Origin: the human T2T-CHM13v2.0 reference genome, Homo sapiens
Length of the DNA stretch: 64,000 nucleotides
Strand: one strand, 5' to 3'
Assembly: GCF_009914755.1 (NCBI RefSeq)
Contig: NC_060933.1
Part shown: one piece after another, positions 13,820-33,953 of the stretch
Layout of the letters: each line of letters opens with the position of its first letter
Numbering within the stretch: the first letter of the stretch is position 1
The notes under the pieces: model-generated
Database searches by the model: none
Told to the model about the DNA's origin: nothing
What the model saw: only the letters and a program-made list of their open reading frames with translations
Made by a program: the position numbers and the translations under genes

Positions 13820-15100
13820 CAGAGCGAGTCATGCAAATTTCAGCGGAGACACCGAATCCAGGCGAGTCCTTGATCCCCACAGGCGACCTCCATTCATTCT
13901 CCACGCCCCTATACCCCGACCCCTCTCTTTAAGTTCTGGGACCAGCCCCACCCTCGCGACCCTTCCCCTCCCGCCAAGCGTCTCTACCCTGCCCTCCGCA
14001 CCTAGCGTAAACCTGTCACCCCACCAAGTGAGGGACTGACGAAGGGGCCCACCTCGCCCCTGCCCGAGGGACCGAGGCCCAGGGTGCAGCCGTCCCCTCG
14101 GGGGCCAAGGAGGGGCGAAGTGCTCCGTCCGGCTCGCCTCTCCTCCCCAGGGACCCGCCAGTCCCGGCCGGGCCAGCCGGAGATAGCGTGTAATAAGAGG
14201 GAGGGGAGAGCTCTCCGAACCCCCCTTCCCCGGGATCCCTACCAAGCAAGTGAGTCTCTTGCTCCAGCCCCTCCGAGCCTCCCCGGCTGGAGTCATGGTG
14301 CCGGGGCTGCCCCAGGAAGCCCCCATAAAAAGGAGGGGGAGACACCCCCATACTCACCCACCGTCTCCTCCCCCTCAGCTGTTTACCTCACAGTCCCTCC
14401 AGCCTACAGGGCGCCGCCATCTTGGACGTACAGCACCTCCCCCGTCGTGAAAGGGCCAAGGCCGACGGCGGCCTCCGCCACGAAAAAGAGTCCCCCTCCG
14501 GACCTCCCCTCCTTCTCGAAAGGAAGGATAGACGGCCGCGCTCGGCAGCCCCGCCGGAAGGAAGAGGCTCTTCCACTCATAACTGACGATGTGGGTTGGA
14601 CGAGAAAAAAAGTAAGGAGGGTTTTTATGGAGGGGGGCGGGGCCGGGCGGAAGGATCCGAAAGGAGGCTGCGAAGAGATCTTGTGACTCCGCGAAGGAGG
14701 CAAAAAGAAGGGCCGGCGCGGCGGGAGGAGCCACGCGAGAGCCCGAGGGGGCGGGGCGGGCGGTCACGTGACTGGCGGGCGGGGGGACGCGGCGGAGAGG
14801 CGTAAACAAGCTGGCGGCGCCTGGGTGTGGTTGGAGCGCCCTGCCCCTGCCCCCCGAGTCGTTTCTGCCCTTCGCTTGCGTGGCGCCCTCCGAGGGTCTC
14901 TCTGTGGGCGGCCTCAGAGCAGCGATCCTGTTTCCCAAGGAGCTGCTGGGGCCCGCGTGGGTGAAGGGCCTGCTTGGGAGCTTTGGAGTTGCAGCTCACC
15001 TGGGAAGGGGCGGAAAGCTGCGGGCCAGGGCAGCCTTCCTTCCTGGGCTAAACATTTTCAGAAGCCCGCCTCCGGGATTGCGGGGGACCCCCCTGGCTTC
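13820..15100. promoter_or_regulatory. CpG island / TSC1 promoter (probably bidirectional)
   Basis: Very high GC and CpG density; GC boxes (GGGGCGGGGC near 14634 and 14748); YY1 motif GCCGCCATCTTG 14413-14424; E-box GTCACGTGAC 14763-14772; forkhead GTAAACAA 14802-14809. Confidence 0.92.
14358..14448 (-). other. TSC1: TSC1 exon 1 (non-coding 5'UTR); TSS approximate
   Basis: Reverse complement ACGACGGGGGAGGTGCTGTACGTCCAAGATGGCGGCG...GAGACGGTGG matches the TSC1 mRNA 5' end as I recall it; donor GTGAGTA at 14357-14351; inside CpG island. Confidence 0.93.
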
Positions 15101-15521
15101 TGCCTTCAAGTAGCTCACACTTCACACCTACTCATGACATCTAGGGGAAACCAGCCCTCATAGGAGACAGCTTGAAAATCAGAACGCCTTATTCCGTTTC
15201 CTGCTGAAACAAGGCTTTAAGTCCTCCAAGCCTCAGTTTCTTCCTCTGTGAAATGGGCATAATGACATCTGTGACGTGAAGAATCAAGGAGATGAAGTAT
15301 GGACAGCGTTTAGCCCAGAGTCCTGCGCCTAGTAAATGCTCACTCACTAGATAGGTGGCCTTTATTGCGAGGCTGAGTATGATGGGCTCCATCCAGCACG
15401 AACACAAAGCCCTGTGAGAGGAGGCAGAGTGAGATGAAGTCGAACTGTGGGATATGAAAGGCATTTTGAAGGAGTAGGCATCAGGTTGGGTTTTAAAGGA
15501 AATGTAGGTTTTGTGAAATAC

Positions 15522-15586
15522 TAGGTTGGTGCAAAAGTCATCACGGTTTTTACCATTAAAACCGCGATGACTTTTGCATCAACCTA
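15522..15586 (+). ncRNA. MIR548AW: pre-miR-548aw hairpin derived from a MADE1 (Hsmar1 MITE); mature about 15529-15548 GUGCAAAAGUCAUCACGGUU
   Basis: 29 bp inverted arms TAGGTTGGTGCAAAAGTCATCACGGTTTT / AAAACCGCGATGACTTTTGCATCAACCTA, TA flanks, MADE1 TIR; mature sequence recognised from memory. Confidence 0.85.
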
Positions 15587-17177
15587 ATAGAACCAGGCGA
15601 GGCGGCTCGGGAGAGAAGGCCATTCCAGGCAGAGGGAACCAAAGGAGCAAGAGCCTAGGGGCAAAAAAGTGTTGGGTGAGTTATGGGAATAACAGGTTTT
15701 GTCATGGGAACCAATTGGGTCACAGTGCAAGGCAGCCATGGTTAAGGGGGGCCAGGTGTGTGAGTAGCCAGCACCGTGGGTGCCTTCAGAATTCTGAAAG
15801 GGCCCTGGATGGTATCGGGTAGAGCCGCTGCTAGTCAGTATAGGGCCTTGGTGAGAATTAGAAAAATGGCACCCCTGGGCTGTATTTTGGCCCCTATCCA
15901 CCAGCCCCAAACCCTCCTGGGCCCTTGAGCAGTGAACAACCTTTATAACCATACGTCTAGAGCCACGAAGGCTTAGGAGGGAGGTGAAAATTGAACTGAT
16001 GATTCCTCTGTTCTAACACAGTCGCTGGGGGGAAGCTAAGAGTTCTAGATTCAAACAGACCAGAGTTTGAATGTAGGTTTCAGCCATCATGTTCTAACTG
16101 GATGAGCCTTAGTCTCCTCACCTGCAACATAGGGCTAATAATAATGCTAGTTCATGGGGATTTGGGGTGAAGTCAGTGAGTCATTAAGCTCTAAGTGGCA
16201 CAGAGCCTACTCCAGTTAATGTTATTTTTGATAACTGTTAAGTGCCAGCTGTCAGCATCCATCACTTCCAGAAACGGGTCCACCAAACACTAAATTCTTC
16301 TGTGTCACCGCCCAAGCATAGTCTGCATGGGGTCCAGAGATGGAAAGGTCGAGGGAAACCGGGAAGGGTCTGGGTTCTCTCAGTTCCACCAATCTGCAAA
16401 CTACTTTACAGGAACAGACTCTTCCCTTTGCATTCACACCAGGGCAGGGATTCAAGATTTCTGAAATCTTCAGAGATTTCTGAGACCACCAGTGATGGGA
16501 GACCTAAGGAGGAGGGCAGGGGGAGCAGCACTGCTCTGGAGCTCTGACCCAGGAAGCCCCCCCACACCCTGACCTTCCTTGGCTCCATGACCTCATCCTG
16601 CAGGAATGCATTCTGCCATGGAGGAGAGCAGCCATAAGCAGAGCTCATCAACTGCTCACTTTCCAGGGGGCCATAACCACATTGTCACTGTTTCTACACT
16701 GTCTGGAAGAAGAATGGACATTGTTACCTCAATATGGGACCACCAGGGGCTTGCAAGAAGAGGCTGAAGGTGACAGGCAGAGACAGCTCTACTACCATCT
16801 CCTGCCACTTACCAGGCTGGGCCACCTAGATGTTTTCTGCTTCTCTGGGGTTGATTTTTGTCATTTGCTCAACAGACACTATTCAGACCACTACCTTCCA
16901 TACACCACCCTGGAGCCTCCCTGTGACGGGGCTTCCTGACCGGCCTGTCTGAGCATGAAAGGGCTGAGCCCTCCATAGGCGGGCGTGCTGACAGGATGCA
17001 CGTGGTGGAGGACATCTGCTGCATTTGGCTGTGTGACATCTCCCCCTCGCCTTCTGAACAGGTGAACCGCCCATCCTCAATTCTTTCAGTGCTGATGGTC
17101 CTCACAATCACAGTACCAGCCCCAGGCCACAGCAGGTGGACCAGGCCTGGCCAATCTGAGATGCCCATCATGGAGCT

Positions 17178-17914
<737 letters not shown>

Positions 17915-19047
17915 AGCTGAAATGGTTGGTCTACAGTGGACCTGTGACTTGAGCTGGACTAGAGTGCTCCTCTGGGTCTTTATAGATGGGTGTTTAAAAA
18001 AAAAAAGCAATTTTTCTCTTTCCTTTGGGGTCACTAAACTGCGATGAGGAAGCTGTGGCCTCTCCCTTCCCCCGTCCTACAGCAAGGTGTGTGACAAGTC
18101 GAGTTAAAGAGTGAAAGAGACAGAGATGGAAAGAGAAATTCATGCTGCTGTCTCCTGCATTTCCGGAGTCCCTGAAACCAGCTTTGCCCTGGCCTTCCAA
18201 GTTCCATGAAGCAATAACTATTTTGGCCAATGCTAGTTTCATTGGATTTCTGACCCTCATCAACAAAAGGCCTTCTGGATGTGGTGGGATTCAGAGGCCT
18301 TTGGAAGGACACCACCAGCCAAAAATATTTCCCACTCTGTGCCCGAAGTTCATCCGCTTGAATTGCCTTTTGGCTTTAGCTTTCAGCTGTCTGTGCAGCA
18401 GCCTCCTGGCCAGGTGCCCTGCCGTTGGTGGGCAACCCCCGCAGGATGGGGTCTGAGCTTCTGCTGGCAGCCCCCAAGGCCCTCTGCAGCCCCGGCCTCT
18501 CTAGCGCATCAGTTTCCCCTTGCTTTCTAGCACCGTGTCCTCCAGTACCAAGGAACGCCCAGAGGCTTCACACCGCCCTACCTTGGCTTAGGCCGTCTCC
18601 TCTCCCTCCGCACCAGATGGCCTCTGCAGCCTGTGCTGGTCATTCTCCGTTTGCCCTTCTCTGTCTGGGCTCCCCTCTGAGCCACACCCGCTAAGCATGT
18701 CCTCTCCCTCCTCTTGGATTTGACCAAAGTGCGGCAGGGTCAGGTGAGCGAGGAAGAGCCTTCCCACCTGGCCTGGCCTGGCCGTGAGGCACAGCTCCTG
18801 CTGCGTGGCCTGTCTCACCCGTGGTGTTAGTAATGGTTTCCCCCACTCACTTTTCACACCCAGAGGTGATCACGGATCCCCACAGCTCACTAGTCCTTAG
18901 GTGCTTCAGCACCTCTTTTTTCTCTGAAGCTGCTCACACCTGTCTTTTTAATTATCCCTTGGAGGGTGTTACTGTTTCCCACCAGGATCCCAACTGCTAC
19001 AGCCCCTTCTTAGAGAATCTATCTTCAGCCCAGGCTACTCACTGTGA

Positions 19048-19065
19048 ATCAAGCCAAACCCACAG

Positions 19066-19109
<44 letters not shown>

Positions 19110-19160
19110 CAAGCCAAACCCACAGATACACACACACACACACATACACACACACACACA
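19048..19160. repeat. Compound (CA)n microsatellite with duplicated 20 bp leader
   Basis: ATCAAGCCAAACCCACAGAT at 19048 and 19108, each followed by (AC)n. Confidence 0.95.
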
Positions 19161-19499
19161 CCCCCAACCCCCTGATTGGACCTGGATCAGGGCTGAAAAC
19201 CTTCCTCACACTGAACCAGCCTGATTCTCCTTCTTGAGAATTAGAACCGAGAGACCCCAAGACTGAGATACATGGTGTTGGTGGAGGATTGCAACTTTAC
19301 ACAACTGCAGGGGGACCATTCAAACTGCTGTACTCCAGGAGAGGCAGATCACTTAGAAAACACCTCAAACAGGTGCCCTCGAGGGTTATGCAATAAGGCG
19401 GGACTGTGCTGGTCCCTGGGGGGGTTCATATGGAGTTGGACCCAGCCATGGCCGTCAGCACCACTCTGGACAGCAGAGGTTAAGCAGGAAGAGCTACTA

Positions 19500-19930
<431 letters not shown>

Positions 19931-20110
19931 CACACACACACAAATTCTACTTTTACCTGAGCTAGAAGATGTTCGCTTCTGTTCCTGACAACCAACACCA
20001 CCATCGAGGCTGGAGATGGCCAAACATGCTTTCCTTTCTTCACCCACATCACACCTGTTCTTCCTCCAAGACTCAACTCCAATGTGATCTCCACCAGGAA
20101 GTCTTTTTAG

Positions 20111-20955
<845 letters not shown>

Positions 20956-21069
20956 TCAAGACTTAGGCTAAGACTAAGGCTAAGTAGGAGCAGTGTCAGG
21001 AGCCAAGAGCTACTCTTGCCGCGTGGCTCAGTGTCCATGGTAGCTCAAGCACCCGCAGGGCTGGCCACC

Positions 21070-21525
21070 ATCTTGGTTTGCTGTTATTCCATCAAATGGA
21101 GTAAAATTTATTGTCTCACGATTATAGAGGCCAGAAGTCCAAGATCAAGGTGTCAGCAGGATTGGTTCCTTCTGCAGGCTTGGAGGGAGATCTGGTCCCT
21201 GCCTCTCCCCCAGCTTCTGGAGTTTGGCTGGCCATCCTGAGGCTCAATCCATCCTCCTGCTTCATTCCTTGGCTTGAGATGCATCTCACTGTTCTCTGCC
21301 TTCATGTTCACATGGCATTCTCCTTGTGAGCTTGTCTCTGTGTCCAAAATTTCCTCTTATTATAACTACACCAGTAGCATTGAGTTGGGAGCCCACCCTA
21401 TTCCAGCATGACCTCCTGTTAACTAATTACATCTGCAGCGACCTTATGCATAGTCACATTCTGAGGCACTGCAAGTTAGGACGTCAACATGTCAATGTTT
21501 GGGGGAACAAATTCAGCCCATAACA
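21070..21525 (-). mobile_element. MLT1 MaLR LTR
   Basis: GAGGCCAGAAGTCCAAGATCAAGGTGTC...GTCACATTCTGAGG...ATTCAGCCCATAACA. Confidence 0.75.
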
Positions 21526-21545
21526 GGTACCAAGGGCTGAGTTAG

Positions 21546-21977
<432 letters not shown>

Positions 21978-22247
21978 TAAGCAACCATTGTCATGTATAT
22001 CATGTGTATCCTTTTGTCTGTATGTATCCTTGCAAAATGTGTGTGTATGTGTATTTTTAATTTATGTAAGTGGAATTATGTTATAGGTGGCAATCTGTTT
22101 CTTACTTTTTCCCCCATTCAGCATCGTTATGAAGCTCCATCTAGCTGCTGAGAATTATTCCGTGATGTGAACCTACTCTAGTCTACTTTCCACTCTCTTA
22201 GGTATCGACACCGGCAGTAGCACCAGAAGTAACATTGTGATAAACAT

Positions 22248-23668
22248 CACTATACACTATACACTACATACTACGCACTACACACTATACACTATACACT
22301 ACACTACACTATACACTACTCACTATGCACTATACACTATACACTACACATTACGCACTACGCACTATGCACTACACACTATACACTACACGCTATACAC
22401 TGTACACTACACACTATACGCACTATACACTACACACTACACACTATACACTATACACTATGCACTACGCACTACACACTATCCACTATACACTATACAC
22501 TATCCACTATACACTACACACTATCCACTATACAGTATACACCACACACTACACAGTACACACTATACACTATACACTACACACTATACACTACACACTA
22601 CACACTATGCACTACACACTATGCACTATACACACTACACACTGCACATTATACACTGTACACTATACCCAACACACTACACACTATGCACTACGCACTA
22701 TACACACTATGCACTACACTATACTATACACTACACTACACTATACACTATGCACTACACACTATACACTATACACTACACTATACACACTATGCACTAT
22801 ACACTATACACTATACACACTACACACTACGCACTACACACTACGCACTATACACTACACACTATACACTACACACTATGCACTATACGCTATACACACT
22901 ACACACTATGCACTACACACTACGCACTATACACTACACACTACGCACTATACACTACACACTATACACTACACACTATACACTATACACACTACACACT
23001 ATGCACTACACACTATGCACTATACACTACACACTACACACTGTACACTACACACTGTACACACTACACACTGCACACTATACACTACACACTACACACT
23101 ATACAGTACACACTGTACACTACACACTGTACACACTATACACTATACACTGCACACTGTGCACTATACACTGTACACTATACACTACACACTATGCACT
23201 ATACACTCTACACTATACACTACACACTATGCACTATACACTGTACACTATACACTACACACTATACACTATACACTGAACACTATACACTACACAGTAT
23301 ACACTACACACTACACACTGTACACTACACACTGTACACACTATACACTACACACTATACACTGCACACTATACACTACACACTATACACTACACACTGT
23401 ACACTACACACTGTACACACTATACATTACACACTATACACTGCACACTATACACTACACACTATACACTACACACTGTACACTACACACTGTACACACT
23501 ATACATTACACACTATACACTGCACACTATACACTACACACTATACACTACACACTGTACACTACACACTGTACACACTACACACTATACACTGCACACT
23601 ATACACTACACACTATGCACTATACACTGCACGCTATACACTACACACTATGCACTATACACTATACT
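22248..23668. repeat. ~1.4 kb tandem array of CACTATA/CACTACA heptamer variants
   Basis: Directly visible; embedded in old L1M-like sequence. Confidence 0.97.
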
Positions 23669-23753
23669 GTTCCCTTATGGATCCAGCTCAGAATTTATTT
23701 GAGATACACAACTGGGAGTAAAACTAATGGGTCATAGGATGTGTGGACTTAAC

Positions 23754-29630
<5,877 letters not shown>

Positions 29631-29682
29631 ATTTAAATTCTTAACATAAACGGATTGGTTGATTGATTTGAAATCATCCTGA

Positions 29683-29740
29683 GTGTATTAGTAAGAGTTC
29701 TCCAGAGAAGCAGAACCAACGTGATGTGTGTGTGTGTGTG

Positions 29741-29773
<33 letters not shown>

Positions 29774-30093
29774 AAGGAATTGATGCACATGATTTTTGAG
29801 TCTGGCATGTCCAAAATCTGCAGGATGGGTTGCCAGGAACAGAGAAGAACCACTGTTGCAGTCCAAGTCCAAAGGCTGTCTGTTGGCAGAATTCCCTCTT
29901 GCTTGTGGGAGGTCAGTCTTTTGATCTACTCAGGCCTTGAATTGATTGGATGAGGCCCACCCACATAGTGGAAGGCAATCTGCTTTACTGAAAGTCCACT
30001 TATTTAAATGCTCATCTCATCCAAAAACACGTTTGACCACACATGTGGCCACTATGGCCTGGACAAATTGAGACATAAAATTAGCCATTATAC
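29683..30093 (-). mobile_element. MLT2 (ERVL) LTR
   Basis: TGTATTAGT...TTCTCCAGAGAAGCAGAACCAA...GATTGGATGAGGCCCACCCACAT...AAAATTAGCCAT. Confidence 0.8.
29726..29771. repeat. (TG)n microsatellite inside MLT2 LTR
   Basis: Directly visible. Confidence 0.9.
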
Positions 30094-30597
30094 TGAGTAC
30101 CTAGGAAAGCAAGTTTCTTGGCCTCTTAAGCTGTGATTTTCTTGTTGTTTTTTAAACTGTTGTAAGGTAAAACTTTCTTCTTCCAAAGAAAAGCTACTAT
30201 CATACCCTTTTCCTCCACCTCCTTTTGTTATTATTTTTTTTTTGGCAAAGAAAAACATTGATGTAGATTAGAGAACTGTCATTTCCGTGAATCGTCTTCT
30301 AAAAAGCTTTGCTTAGCAGGTAGACCAGAAAATTTAAAAATCATGTGTCAGCATAGGATATGAATGTTGGCAAAAGTGACAGGCTGCTCAAAAAATCCCA
30401 GGAAATATCCTAAAGGTGCCAGTCCCAGACAGAGATTCCAGGAACCCATGGATGCTCTTCCATCCTTCCCTGCCAAAGTACAGCAGTTTGACTTCTCCAA
30501 GTGCACCCTTTAAAATGTACCACCTGTTGCTGGATCCATTCAAAATAACACATATATTTCAGGCCTTCCCTTTTGGGGAAGAATTTTGACCAAAGAA

Positions 30598-31110
30598 TGC
30601 ATTAGTTGTCTATTGCTGTGGAGCAATTAATTCTGAAATGTAGAGTTATTAGAAACATAGAATTGGAACAACACCACCTATTATCTCACAGTTTCTGTGG
30701 ATCAGGGATATGGGTGTAGTTTAGCTGGGTCCTGTGGCTCAGGGCCCCTCACAAGGCTGCAGTCTAGATGTCAGCTGGTGCTACAGTCATCCCAAGGCTT
30801 GACAGGGGAAGGATGCACTCCTAAGCTCACACACAGTTGTTGACAAGATTCAGTTCCTTGTCATGTGGGCTTTTCCATAGGGCAGCTCACAATATGGCAG
30901 CTGGCTTCCATCAGAGAGAACAAAAAAGAGAGTGCAAATAACATGGAAGACAGGGTCTGTCATAACTTAGGCCTGCAAGTGTGCCATCCCATCACGTTTT
31001 CCATCCTATTCTTTAGAAGGAAGTCACTAGGTAGTCTCAGTGAGTGTCTAAGGAAGTTACTGCTCACACCCAATGAGAGGGGACCACACAGGTTGTAAAT
31101 TTCAGGATTC
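30598..31110 (-). mobile_element. MLT1 (F/G-like) MaLR LTR
   Basis: TATTATCTCACAGTTTCTGTGGATCAGG...CTCACAAGGCTGCAGTC motifs. Confidence 0.65.
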
Positions 31111-32200
31111 AGGCATCTTTGGGGGTGATTTGCTTCCAATGCTTAGCACACAAACGTGCATGGCTTGGAAAACACCTTTCTCTAACGGCTGCGCTGACAC
31201 CTTCAGACAAAATAGCAGATCCTTCTCTGGTCCCCACAGTACTCTTCTGTTCATACATCTACCATCCTAGTCATCACAGTAATAATGTAGCAGCTATGAG
31301 GAGTTGCTATGAGACCATATTGTTCTAAGCACTCTACATGTATTAAGTGAAGAGTATGTAGTCGTTTATGTGTCAATGCAGAGAAGCACTCATTCATTCA
31401 ACAATGACATACTAGCATCTCCTCTGCATTTCTTTGCTGGGCATGGGGGAACTCAGTAGTGAACAAGAGAGAGTCCCCAGACTCAAGAACCTTATGAAGA
31501 CCAGGATGGGAGATAGAGAAATGCAAGCACAATTATAATACAACCCAGAACACGTTGTCATAGCATAAGTAAAAGACACTTTAGTAGCAGACACCCAGAC
31601 CATTTTTGTCGGTGGTAGCATTTCAATTCAGATATGAAGAGTAAGTGGCAGTTAGCCAGGAAAAGAGAGAGAAAGTTAGAAAGCAGGAACACGTGTAATA
31701 ATAACAAGAATGAGAAAGGCAGGAGCAGCTGAGAAGCAACTAGCATGGCTGTAACCAAGCATGCTGGGGAAAGAGAGGCAAGAAATACTAATGTCAGCCA
31801 ACAGGCAACATGCATTGAGTACCGAACAGTTTCCTATGGTTTTGCGTGCATATATTTACCTTCAGAATAATCCTATGCAGTAGGTGTAATTTTACAGGTA
31901 AGGGAACTGAGTCAGAGAGACTTGCCCCAGTCACCGGATAATCAACGTCTGAGTCATAACCACTGGAGACACAGTAGGGGCAGATCACGAGGGGTCATGT
32001 GAAGGTGTTTGACCTTGATCCTGAGCTCAGTGAGGAGCCTTGAAGGATTTTAATTGGGTCGACATCTGCTGGGGTGTAGAGAATGGGGCCAGGCCAGAAG
32101 GCAGGGAGGGGCTGTTTAGAAACAGGATGCAGTACTCCAGGGGAATGGTGATGACAGCCTGGATTAAGGTGGTAAGACGGGAGATAGAGGAGAAAGAGGA

Positions 32201-32618
32201 TGTGTTAGGCCGTTCTTGCGTTGCTACAAAGAAATATCTGAGACTGGGTAATTTATAAAGAAAAGAGGTTTAATTGGCTCACAGTTCTGCAGGTTGTACA
32301 AGAACCATAGCGGCATCTGCTTCTGAGAAGGCTTCAGGAAGCTTCCAATCATGGCGGAAGGCAAATGGAAAGCAGGCACGTCACATAGAGAAAGCAAGAG
32401 CAAGAAAGAGACAGCGAGGAGGTGCCACACACTTTTAAATGACCAGCTTTCATGAGAAGTCATTCACTATCAAGAGGACAGTACCAAGAGGATGGTAATA
32501 AACCATCCGTGAGAAATCTGCCCCCATGATCTAATCACCTCCCACCAGACCCCACCTCCAATATTGGGGATTACATGTCAGCATGAGATTTGGGCAGGGA
32601 CACACATCCAAACTATGT
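32201..32618 (-). mobile_element. MSTA-like MaLR LTR
   Basis: TGTGTTAGGCCGTTCTTGCGTTGCTA...GAGACTGGGTAATTTATAAAGAAAAGAGG...CATCCAAACTAT. Confidence 0.85.
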
Positions 32619-33037
32619 TGGAAGTTGAACTCAGGATTTTAGCTAGGGTGTGGGTGGTGCCATTCCCTGAGACATGAGGTAGGAACTGGGCTAGAGAACG
32701 TGGGCTGATGTCACTTTGGGACCAGCTCAATTGAGATGCCAGAGAGACAGGCCCAGTGGATTTGGAGTTTAGACTTGAAGGCAGAGGCCAAGATTTGGGA
32801 AGTGTTGGCATTCAGAAGGTAAATGAGAGACCAGGAGAACTGGCCATGGCAGCTGAGGGTGTGCAGTGGGTGAGCCGGGCCCTCTGGTGAGGACAGAGAG
32901 GGCTGGCCTATTGGGATCCTGGCTCTGCAAACAAGATGTGTGGTCCTGGGTGAGTCTCCAAGCCTCAGTTTCTCTGTCTGTAAAATGGAGATGACACTAA
33001 TACCTTAAATTCCCAGCTCAGAAGGTTCCCAGGACAG

Positions 33038-33409
33038 TGACATGGTTTGGCTGTGTCCCCACCCAAATCTCATCTTGAACGGTAGTTCCCATAATCCCCA
33101 TGTGTCATGGTAGGGAAACTGGGGGAGGTAATTGAGTCATGGGGGTGGTTCTCCCATGCTGTTCTCGGGATAGCGAGTGAGTTCTCACGAGACCTGATGG
33201 TTTTATAAGGGGCTTTCCCCACTTTGCTCGGCACTTCTCCTTCCTGCCGCCACTTGAAGAAGGACATGTTTGCTTCCCCTCCTGCCATGATTGTAAGTTT
33301 CCTGAGGCCCTCCCAGCCCTGAGGAACTGTGAGTCAATTAAACTGCTTTCCTTTATAAATTACCCAGTGCCAGGATTTCTTCACAGCAACGTGAGAACAG
33401 GTTAATACG
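33038..33409 (+). mobile_element. THE1 (MaLR) solo LTR
   Basis: TGACATGGTTTGGCTGTGTCCCCACCCAAATCTCATCTTG start; perfect 5 bp TSD GACAG. Confidence 0.9.
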
Positions 33410-33496
33410 GACAGTCCAGTGAGAGACACGTGTGAATATCTAGCAGAGTGCCCACGCAGTGTGAGCACTGAGTAAATATTGTTACTGTTGATGCCT

Positions 33497-33953
33497 GCTA
33501 TATTCATTTCCCAGGGCTGCCATAACAAGTTACTGCAAACTGGGTGGCTTAAAACAACAGAAGATTATTCTCTCACAATTCTCGAGGCCAAAAGTCCCAA
33601 ACCCAAGGTGTCAGTCAGCAGGGTTGGTTCCCTCTGAAGGTTCCGAGGGAGCAGCTGTTCCCTGGCTCTTTCTAAGCTTCTGGTGGTCACTGGCCATGCT
33701 TGGTGTTCCTTGGCTGTGGCTGCGTCAGCCCAGTCTCTGCCTCCATCTTCATGCAGGCTTCTCCTCTGTGTCCCTCTGTGTTTGCTCCTCTTCTTATGAG
33801 ACCCCAGGCATTGTATTTAAAGCCCACCTCAACCCAGTGTGAATTCAGCTGAACCGAACTTCATCTTCAAAGACTCTCTTTCCAAATAAAGTCACGTTCT
33901 GCGGTTCCAGGTAGACATGAATTGGGATGAGGAGATAATTCAGTCCCCTATAC
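33497..33953 (-). mobile_element. MLT1 MaLR LTR
   Basis: GGCTGCCATAACAAG...GGTGGCTTAAAACAACAGAA...TTTCCAAATAAAGTCAC. Confidence 0.75.

Noticed and set aside
13829-15163. Many overlapping 100-200 aa ORFs
   Set aside because: Expected in a GC-rich CpG island; no recognisable protein
22237-23737. 494 aa and 470 aa His/Tyr/Thr/Leu-rich ORFs
   Set aside because: Artefact of the CACTAYA array, which rarely forms stop codons; open in several frames with no gene structure
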